NCBI GenBank assembly: GCA_039738635.1
Contig: JBCLLN010000001.1
Coordinates: 42,806 to 106,805, forward strand
Reading direction: 5' to 3'
Origin: Candidatus Saccharimonadia bacterium
GTDB taxonomy: Bacteria > Patescibacteriota > Saccharimonadia > CAILAD01 > BJGX01
DNA: 64,000 nt
The position numbers were made by a program, and so were the translations under genes. The notes under the pieces are model-generated. The model was not told where the DNA came from. It searched no databases and saw nothing but the letters and a program-made list of their open reading frames with translations. Below are positions 56,895 to 64,000 of the stretch, one piece after another. Numbering within the stretch: the first letter of the stretch is position 1; every line of letters begins with the position of its first letter.

Positions 56895-58985
56895 ATGAAA
56901 TATCCCTTTACTAAGAAAGAATCAGTCAAAGAAATTCTGCATGGCGTTACTATAGTTGATGATTATCGCTGGCTTGAAGATAGTGATAGTAGCGAAGTAT
57001 TAGCGTGGACTAAAAAGCAAAATGAATTTACCCATGAACAAATCACAAACCATGCAAATATAGCGGATTATAAAAATGAGTTAAAGGCGTTTTACAATGT
57101 CGATGATTTTAGTGTCCCTCATCATTGGGCGGGCTACTATTACTGGTCTGAACTAAAAGCTGGCCAGAACCAATTTGTACTCTATAGGAAAAAAGGATTG
57201 AATGGTGAGCCAGAGTTACTTGTTGATCCTAATGGTATAAGAAAAGACGACGCCATTACATTACAAGCTTGGGCAGTTTCACCTAAAGGAAAGTTTTTGG
57301 CTTATACATTATCAGAAAGTGGTAGCGAGTACAGCAAAATATACATTGTAGACTTGAAGACTAGAAAAAAATTGGAAAAAGATACTATACCACTTACTTG
57401 GCATCCCGACATAATCTGGTTAGCAGATGAAGCTAGTTTCTTTTACACCGCTATTCCTGACCCCTCCACTGTTCCAAAGAATGAAGAGCATTATCATCAG
57501 CGACTTAAGTTACATGTAATTGGCCAGAACACAAAAGATGATGATATTATCTTTGGCGAAGGACGTCATAAAGAAGATACTTATGCGGTAGACATATCTG
57601 ATGACCGCAAATGGCTCACAATTAGTGCTGCGCGCAACTGGACTAACAATGAAGTCTATATCTATGAGATTGAAACACAAATCCTGACACCACTTATTGA
57701 GGGAATTGATGCTGAGTTTTATGCCTCTATTACCAAAGGTCAAATTTACGTTTGGTCGGATTATGAAGCAGAATTTGGTAGGGTATATAGTTTGCCTATC
57801 AACAACCCCCCAAATTTAGATAACTGGCCAGTAATTATTGCTGAACGTGATTATGCACTCAGTGGTTTTAATTTAACCAGTGAGTATATTGTAGCCCACT
57901 ACATCAAAAATGCTTGTTCATATACAGAAGTATTGGATTACAATGGCAAAAAAATAAAAGAATTAAAATATCCGGAGTACTCCACTCTAAATAGCTTTGT
58001 AGCAAATTACGATGAAGCTGAATATTTCTACAGTTATACAAATTTTTTAAGCTGTAACGTTATTTATCATTACAATCCAGATGATAAGTCGACTAAATGT
58101 TATCGAGAAGTACCATCACTTATAAACGCAGAAGACTTCGTTGTCCAACAAAAATGGTGCGAGAGTTACGATGGCACGCAAATCCCAATGTTTTTGGTAT
58201 ATAAAAAGGGTTTAAAGCAAAATGGCCAAAACCCAACTTTATTGACTGGTTACGGGGGTTTTAACTCGTCTGAGATGCCATATTTTAATGCTGGTATCAT
58301 GCCCTTTATTGAACGGGGTGGCATATATGTAGTAGCCAATATTCGTGGTGGCGGAGAATTTGGTAGGAAATGGCACGAAGCTGCTATGTTACACAAGAAA
58401 CAGAATTCCTTTGACGATTTTATTGTAGTTGCAGAGTTTCTTAATAAACAGAACTACACAAGTCCAGATAAACTAGCTATAATTGGTGGCTCAAACGGTG
58501 GTCTGTTAGTTGCAGCGTGTGCCGTGCAAAAACCAAAGCTATTTAAAGCAGTTGTCTGTCAGGTACCCTTACTCGATATGATTAGGTTCCCATTATTCTT
58601 GATGGCGAGTCGCTGGACTGGTGAATACGGCGACCCAAAGAAAAAAGCTGATTTTGATTTAATCCTCAAATGGAGCCCTTATCACAATGTTCTTCAGGGT
58701 ACTGAATATCCAGCATTTTTAATCACGACAGCAGATCATGATTCGCGAGTCGAGCCATTACATGCTAGAAAAATGGCTGCTTTACTCCAATCAGTTAACC
58801 GTACAAACCCTATTTTAATACGAACTGAGGTTGAGTCAGGACACGGTGGCGGTGTACCAGTAGAAAAATATATTAACGCACAAGTAGATTTACTCGCGTT
58901 TTTAGACTGGCAGTTATTAATCGGTAGCAGTAAAGCCAAACGACCCAACAGAATTAGCAAATCAAGTAAAAAAACTACTTCATGA
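56895..58985 (+). CDS. Prolyl oligopeptidase (S9A)
   Basis: DDYRWLED, GYGGF, NIRGGGEFG, GGSNGG, DSRV, GHGGG. Confidence 0.95.
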   Translation: MKYPFTKKESVKEILHGVTIVDDYRWLEDSDSSEVLAWTKKQNEFTHEQITNHANIADYKNELKAFYNVDDFSVPHHWAGYYYWSELKAGQNQFVLYRKKGLNGEPELLVDPNGIRKDDAITLQAWAVSPKGKFLAYTLSESGSEYSKIYIVDLKTRKKLEKDTIPLTWHPDIIWLADEASFFYTAIPDPSTVPKNEEHYHQRLKLHVIGQNTKDDDIIFGEGRHKEDTYAVDISDDRKWLTISAARNWTNNEVYIYEIETQILTPLIEGIDAEFYASITKGQIYVWSDYEAEFGRVYSLPINNPPNLDNWPVIIAERDYALSGFNLTSEYIVAHYIKNACSYTEVLDYNGKKIKELKYPEYSTLNSFVANYDEAEYFYSYTNFLSCNVIYHYNPDDKSTKCYREVPSLINAEDFVVQQKWCESYDGTQIPMFLVYKKGLKQNGQNPTLLTGYGGFNSSEMPYFNAGIMPFIERGGIYVVANIRGGGEFGRKWHEAAMLHKKQNSFDDFIVVAEFLNKQNYTSPDKLAIIGGSNGGLLVAACAVQKPKLFKAVVCQVPLLDMIRFPLFLMASRWTGEYGDPKKKADFDLILKWSPYHNVLQGTEYPAFLITTADHDSRVEPLHARKMAALLQSVNRTNPILIRTEVESGHGGGVPVEKYINAQVDLLAFLDWQLLIGSSKAKRPNRISKSSKKTTS

Positions 58986-59096
58986 TGCAGATCTCAGAGC
59001 TCGGCTAGGTAGAAAAGCTAGAGCGCAGGTCCAGCCAGATTGGGCATGAGATAAAAGGATTATGGAACTAGAAAAAGTATTTTAAGAAGGCTCTAA

Positions 59097-59603
59097 ATGG
59101 ATAACATCAAAATGACATGGGTGACAAGTAACCAAATCAAGCAAATTGATGCAGGCTTACCAATATTACAGGTTTATATATGGATTATAACAACCGACAA
59201 GCATATTGTGATTGTGTCAAAAGATGGCAAACATTGGCAGTTCCCTGGTGGTAAACCAGAACCAAATGAGGAGATTACCGACACAGCTATTCGTGAAACG
59301 ACCGAAGAAACCAGCCTAGACTTATCACCATATAAAAACAAGTTAAACTTTTTTGGGTATTATGTTGTAGAGGATAATAACAAACAAAATGATAATCAAT
59401 TTATTCAAGTTCGTTTATACTGCAATATAAATAAACTAGCCAGCGATATGAATGTTCACGCAGGCAAAGAAGACTTAAACCAGGCAGATAGTGAGAAGAT
59501 CAAGTTTGTTCGGGTTGTGACTATTAATGAAGCCACCCAATTGATTCCGTGGCTGAAGAGCTCGGGCGAGTACACTACCCTACTCAAGATGGGAACTATT
59601 TAA
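59097..59603 (+). CDS. NUDIX hydrolase
   Basis: PGGKPEPNEEITDTAIRETTEETS Nudix box. Confidence 0.88.
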   Translation: MDNIKMTWVTSNQIKQIDAGLPILQVYIWIITTDKHIVIVSKDGKHWQFPGGKPEPNEEITDTAIRETTEETSLDLSPYKNKLNFFGYYVVEDNNKQNDNQFIQVRLYCNINKLASDMNVHAGKEDLNQADSEKIKFVRVVTINEATQLIPWLKSSGEYTTLLKMGTI

Positions 59604-59829
59604 TTACGAAAGACGACCTGAATATCGAAAGTCAGATGTATATGCAAACAATTGGGATTGCAGGGTCATTAGGAGATGAATGTGGTATGATTCTTTATAA
59701 GGATGCTATCTTGTTTACGGTATTAAACATAAAAAAGCATTAAAAGGTTGTGATATTTGACTAAAAAGCACTTATAAGAAAGTGCCAAATTATTGCGTGC
59801 GATGTAATGAGCACTAGGAGGGCTTGGAA

Positions 59830-60531
59830 TTGGGAGTTTATAGCAACACACAAATAGAAAATGCCATAAAGGAAGGGCATATTATATTTCACCCTTACAT
59901 GCCCAGACATATAGGTGGTAGCAGTATTGATGTAACTTTGGGCCATTGGTATTACCGTACAGAAAAACCGAGTGAAGGCGGCTTCTATAACCCCATGGAT
60001 GAGACGGCCGTAAATAAATACTTTGATGGCCCACATCATGCCGAAAATCACGGAACCTGGGCCAAAAAACACGGACGACATTTATTTAAAAACATCCCAG
60101 CCAACCATCCGATAATTGTTCTGCGTCCAGGCCAGCGCATACTAACCCATACTCACGAATTTATCGGCATAAAAGCTCCTGGTACCAGTGCTTTGCAAGC
60201 GCGCAGTACCTGGGGTAAAAATGGCGTGTCAGTATGTTTAGATGCCGGCTGGGGAGATCCGGGTTATATAAACCGCTGGACTATGGAAATTTATAATATG
60301 AACCAGCACGAAAGCGTGGTTATACCAGTCGGTGAGCGTGTGGCGCAAATGGTGTTTTATGATACTGGCCCGGTAAGAGGTGAATATAAAAAGCTAAGTG
60401 GCAAATACCAATCTGGGAAAAGCGATGATTTAAATTACATCATTAAAAACTGGCGACCGGAGCAAATGCTACCCAAAGCTTATAAAGACAAGCGCAATCT
60501 ACCAAAAACCATAAAAGGGCTTGAAGGGTGA
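59830..60531 (+). CDS. dcd: dCTP deaminase
   Basis: SSIDVTLG, ARSTWGK, AGWGDPGY, WTMEI, RVAQMVF; AGGAGG RBS before TTG 59830. Confidence 0.9.
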   Translation: MGVYSNTQIENAIKEGHIIFHPYMPRHIGGSSIDVTLGHWYYRTEKPSEGGFYNPMDETAVNKYFDGPHHAENHGTWAKKHGRHLFKNIPANHPIIVLRPGQRILTHTHEFIGIKAPGTSALQARSTWGKNGVSVCLDAGWGDPGYINRWTMEIYNMNQHESVVIPVGERVAQMVFYDTGPVRGEYKKLSGKYQSGKSDDLNYIIKNWRPEQMLPKAYKDKRNLPKTIKGLEG

Positions 60532-60587
60532 CTAAAACTTAGTATTTAAGCATAATAACTATCCAAATATCGGTTATAATAGTAGCT

Positions 60588-62297
60588 ATGGACAATTCCG
60601 AAAAGCTCGCTAAAACTTATGATGATACAATACTCCGGCCCAAGGTAGTTACACCCCTGGTAATACTTGTGGCGTTGCTAACCTGGCTGGCCTACTACCA
60701 GGGGTTGACCTACACAAAAAGTCCACTACTTGTAGCTATTCTAATTATCTCTTTAATATTATCCTCTTTGATTCACTTCAACCCCCAACGCTTCTTAAAG
60801 CACCCCGCTCTCTACCTTACCTTCTTCCATATCATATTAGCCCTAATGTTGATCTTTGTATTCCCTACGCTATCCCCCGCTATGCTATTTTGGCTATTGA
60901 TGACCTACTTAACGGAATATTATTACAAAAAAGTGGGGCTATTTATGAGTCTCTCTGGACTACTAATTACATTAATTACTAGCACATTATTACAAAAGCC
61001 TCCTTTTAGCTGGACTCTAATGCTAACGCTACTCCCCTGGTTTGTAGTAATATCTGCTGTAGCGATGGTGGTTAGTAGTGTAATAATAGTAAGCCGTGAA
61101 GCACGTCTAGCGGTGGCTAATCAACTAATGCGAGCGGAGTACGAACACCAGAGAGTCATATCGTTAATTAATAGTATGGTTGAAGCCGTGATAGCTGTAG
61201 ACGACCAGGGCATAATTAATATTTATAATTCTGCAGCTATTGAATTGCTGGATACCAATGTAGATTTATTAAACCAAAATATCAACTCTATAATGCACTT
61301 AACGGATATTAATCATAATGAGATTAATATTATAGATATGGCGGCTAATGCCCCCAAGGCCCTAAGCAAGGCCGGAGTGTACTTGGATATTAGCGCTACG
61401 GATCGCCGGGCACTAGAAATTAATATTAGCCGAACCTCGCTATTTTCATCCACATCTCAGCAAAAAGGCTACACCTTCTTAATTCATGATGTAACCGCAG
61501 AAAAGAGCCTTAATGAGGAGCGTGATGATTTTATATCGGTAGTTAGCCATGAGCTTAGAACACCAATTGCGATTGCCGAGGCCAATGTAGCTATGGCTCA
61601 GCTTGCCTATAAAAACCCTAGTCATACACCTCAAGAAATATCTGAATCGCTAGCAAACACCCACAAGCAAGTAATGTTCTTATCCCAGATGATTAACGAC
61701 CTAGCTACTCTTTCTAGAGCCGAACGAGCTGGCGCTGAGGTTGCAGTAGAAAGTTTTGATATAACTAGAGCTATGACGGATATAGACAGCATCTACAGAG
61801 TTCAGGCCGAGAACAAGGGCTTGAGCTTTAATGTCCTAGTTGACCAAAATATCCCAGCCTTTAATGCCTCGGAGCTATACATCAAAGAAATCCTTCAAAA
61901 CCTAATATCTAATGCCATCAAATACACTAGCTCCGGTGGAGTAAAAGTAGTGGCCCATACCACCCCTGAGAGCACACTAATGATAGCGGTTACAGACACT
62001 GGTATAGGTATCAAAAAAGCCGAGCAGCACAATTTATTTCAAAAGTTCTGGAGATCAGAGAATACCCGAACCAAAGAAACAGATGGCACAGGGCTAGGGC
62101 TATATATATCAGATAAGCTGGCTCGCCAAATAGGTGCTAAAATTACGCTAGTAAGTGATGACAATAAAGGCTCTACCTTTACTTTGACTATACCAATGCC
62201 TAAAGCCAGTAGTACCTCACAACTCCCTACTAGGCGTAGAAACCGCGAGCAGGCTGGCACTGAGAGTGAAGGAATTATTCAAAGTGATAAAGATTAG
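60588..62297 (+). CDS. Membrane PAS-domain sensor histidine kinase
   Basis: SHELRTP H-box, NLISNAIKYT, DTGIGI, GTGLGL; N-terminal TMs. Confidence 0.93.
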   Translation: MDNSEKLAKTYDDTILRPKVVTPLVILVALLTWLAYYQGLTYTKSPLLVAILIISLILSSLIHFNPQRFLKHPALYLTFFHIILALMLIFVFPTLSPAMLFWLLMTYLTEYYYKKVGLFMSLSGLLITLITSTLLQKPPFSWTLMLTLLPWFVVISAVAMVVSSVIIVSREARLAVANQLMRAEYEHQRVISLINSMVEAVIAVDDQGIINIYNSAAIELLDTNVDLLNQNINSIMHLTDINHNEINIIDMAANAPKALSKAGVYLDISATDRRALEINISRTSLFSSTSQQKGYTFLIHDVTAEKSLNEERDDFISVVSHELRTPIAIAEANVAMAQLAYKNPSHTPQEISESLANTHKQVMFLSQMINDLATLSRAERAGAEVAVESFDITRAMTDIDSIYRVQAENKGLSFNVLVDQNIPAFNASELYIKEILQNLISNAIKYTSSGGVKVVAHTTPESTLMIAVTDTGIGIKKAEQHNLFQKFWRSENTRTKETDGTGLGLYISDKLARQIGAKITLVSDDNKGSTFTLTIPMPKASSTSQLPTRRRNREQAGTESEGIIQSDKD

Positions 62298-62300
62298 AGC

Positions 62301-62516
62301 TTACGATTTTTTGCTATCCGGCATTACCATAGCGCTAAAAATAAAATAAATAATGATTCCCGGTATAATGCCTGTCATAATAATAAAAATCAATACTACT
62401 ATCCGTGCTAATGATACATCTATACCTAAATGCTCGGCCATGCCACCTACAACTCCAAAAACTTTTTTATCTTTTGAGAGTGCTAGTTGGGGTTTATTGA
62501 TAGGCTTTTTTTCCAT
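62301..62516 (-). CDS. pspC: PspC domain protein
   Basis: DKKVFGVVGGMAEHLGID..LAR plus TM; start moved out of the tRNA. Confidence 0.82.
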   Translation of the reverse strand: MEKKPINKPQLALSKDKKVFGVVGGMAEHLGIDVSLARIVVLIFIIMTGIIPGIIIYFIFSAMVMPDSKKS

Positions 62517-62525
62517 TGAAATAGA

Positions 62526-62601
62526 TGGGGCCGACGGTGGGACTCGAACCCGCAACCTGCTGTTTACAAAACAGCTGCTCTGCCAATTGAGCTACGTCGG
62601 C
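62526..62601 (-). tRNA. tRNA-Thr(TGT)
   Basis: gccgacg acceptor, anticodon loop tttgtaa, TTCGA, CCA. Confidence 0.95.
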
Positions 62602-62602
62602 T

Positions 62603-62688
62603 TGGTGCCGGGTGAGAGATTTGAACTCCCGAAGACATAAGTCAGCTGATTTACAGTCAGCCCCCGTTGACCACTTGGGTAACCCGGC
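62603..62688 (-). tRNA. tRNA-Tyr(GTA)
   Basis: gccgggt acceptor, loop ctgtaaa, long variable arm, CCA. Confidence 0.95.
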
Positions 62689-62698
62689 ATGTTATTTA

Positions 62699-62773
<75 letters not shown>

Positions 62774-62819
62774 GTAGGCGGTAATTTACAGATGTAAAAG
62801 CAGATTATAGTCTACCAGT

Positions 62820-63521
62820 TTACTGGAATTTCTTCAAGGCTGGATTAGAGCTTAGGGCCTGCTTGGCACGAACATTATTTGGCTCTAGGTGGATAATAGA
62901 CTTAAATATTTGAGCTGCCTGCTGGGGCTGATTCTGATGCAGGTGGCTTTCCGCTAGTAAAAGCATTATAGCAATACTCTTTGGCTCTAGCTTGAGCGCC
63001 CTATTAAGCATTATAACTTGTTGGTCGTATTGGCCAATAACCCTATAAACTCTAGCCAACGAGACGAGCCGAGCAATAGTTTCCTCCATATCAATAGATT
63101 TTTCTAGGGCTTTGGCTGATTGCTTGAACTTATGACTCTTAAAGAGCATCATCGCCAAATTATAGTAGCTGGCGGCGTTGGGATAATTATCGGCAACTAT
63201 CTCAAAGCACTCAATGGCATCATCGACTTGCCCAAAGTGAGAATAGATAAACCCGAGCCTACTGTAGGCTAGGGAGTTCTTACGATCCACCTTTAATACT
63301 TTGAGGTAGGCCTTCTCTGCGGCTAGGTAGTTTTTCTCGGCGTAGTACCTGCCGGCAATTTCTGTTAAGGACTCTAGCCTAGAATCGTTGCTGACAGGCA
63401 GAATCGCTAGGCTATCGACGATGTAGTCTAGGAATCTTATTTTATACCTACTAAGCAGTAGGAAGGTTAAAATAAATAATAATACAAATAGGGTGACTTC
63501 TAGGGTGACTTCTAAAATCAT
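62820..63521 (-). CDS. Membrane-anchored TPR protein
   Basis: N-terminal TM followed by repeated TPR consensus (AYSRLG, YYNLA, ALKLEP). Confidence 0.85.
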   Translation of the reverse strand: MILEVTLEVTLFVLLFILTFLLLSRYKIRFLDYIVDSLAILPVSNDSRLESLTEIAGRYYAEKNYLAAEKAYLKVLKVDRKNSLAYSRLGFIYSHFGQVDDAIECFEIVADNYPNAASYYNLAMMLFKSHKFKQSAKALEKSIDMEETIARLVSLARVYRVIGQYDQQVIMLNRALKLEPKSIAIMLLLAESHLHQNQPQQAAQIFKSIIHLEPNNVRAKQALSSNPALKKFQ

Positions 63522-64000
63522 TCAAACTCCAATGCTAGAGATTCAATTACGAACTTTGGACTACCATTATTGTACAGATGTAGTTGGGCTAAAATCAAGC
63601 TATTAGAGCGCTTTAGCCAAAGTGTAGATGGGCTCTGAGCCTGTAATTTGACAGCTAGGGCGCTAATTATTGCTGCTGCTTTGGGTTTTGAATCAATGCT
63701 AGAGGCCACTATTAGCCTGTCTGGTAGGCTGGTGCTAAGCATAGCTTCGGCCTGAATATTAATTTCAATAATATGATTTAACTCCTCCTGGCTACAAGAC
63801 TGCTCTAGCTTGGCTGGAACTCGGCCGATAATATTAGTGATTTCTGCTGGGATATTAAGCGTTTCAATTAATCCTGCCAGCTGAGCTTTGGTTGGTGCAT
63901 AAAAATTAATTAATTGCAGGCGGGATAGGATTGTTTTAGGAAGTGAATCGATTGAGTCAGAAACAAAAATTATAACAGTAGATGGAGGGGGCTCCTCAAT
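63518..64000 (-). CDS. holB: DNA polymerase III delta' subunit, 3' part (runs off the right edge)
   Basis: Minus frame open from the window end: IEEPPPSTVIIFVSDSIDSLPKTILSRLQLINF. Confidence 0.75.
   Translation of the reverse strand: MEEPPPSTVIIFVSDSIDSLPKTILSRLQLINFYAPTKAQLAGLIETLNIPAEITNIIGRVPAKLEQSCSQEELNHIIEINIQAEAMLSTSLPDRLIVASSIDSKPKAAAIISALAVKLQAQSPSTLWLKRSNSLILAQLHLYNNGSPKFVIESLALEFE

Noticed and set aside
62353-62640. 95-aa plus-strand ORF and the 5' extension of the pspC ORF
   Set aside because: Antisense to pspC and overlapping the tRNA-Thr/Tyr genes

Overview
Chromosomal window from a Patescibacteria/CPR bacterium, most likely Saccharibacteria. This is inferred from a DnaX lacking the Zn module, N-terminally extended L1 and L7/L12, many apparently leaderless genes and standard genetic code 11. 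There are four zones. (1) 1-9.85 kb is an AT-rich island: the 3' end of an archaeal/eukaryotic-type ProRS followed by a tightly coupled operon of a bimodular NRPS (A[MT]-T-C-A-T-R), class III aminotransferase, Sfp-type PPTase and nucleotidyltransferase, which is very unusual for CPR. (2) 10-29 kb is an accessory zone of one- or two-gene units separated by short palindromic or direct repeats. It holds two membrane-protein genes with an identical 88-bp 5' end, a ~430-nt highly structured RNA leader before a GNAT/deacylase pair, and a complete type III hammerhead ribozyme at 26234-26293. (3) 29.5-54 kb is core genome: cysS, recR, ybaB, a GT-C glycosylation module, dnaB, dnaX, rplL/J, glyA, thyX, rplA/K, nusG, secE, a UbiA-GT2 fusion and an ECF sigma factor. 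(4) From 54 kb: tRNA-Trp, a second accessory patch, dcd, a histidine kinase, pspC, tRNA-Thr/Tyr/Thr, a TPR gene and partial holB. All calls come from reading motifs by eye; no searches were run.
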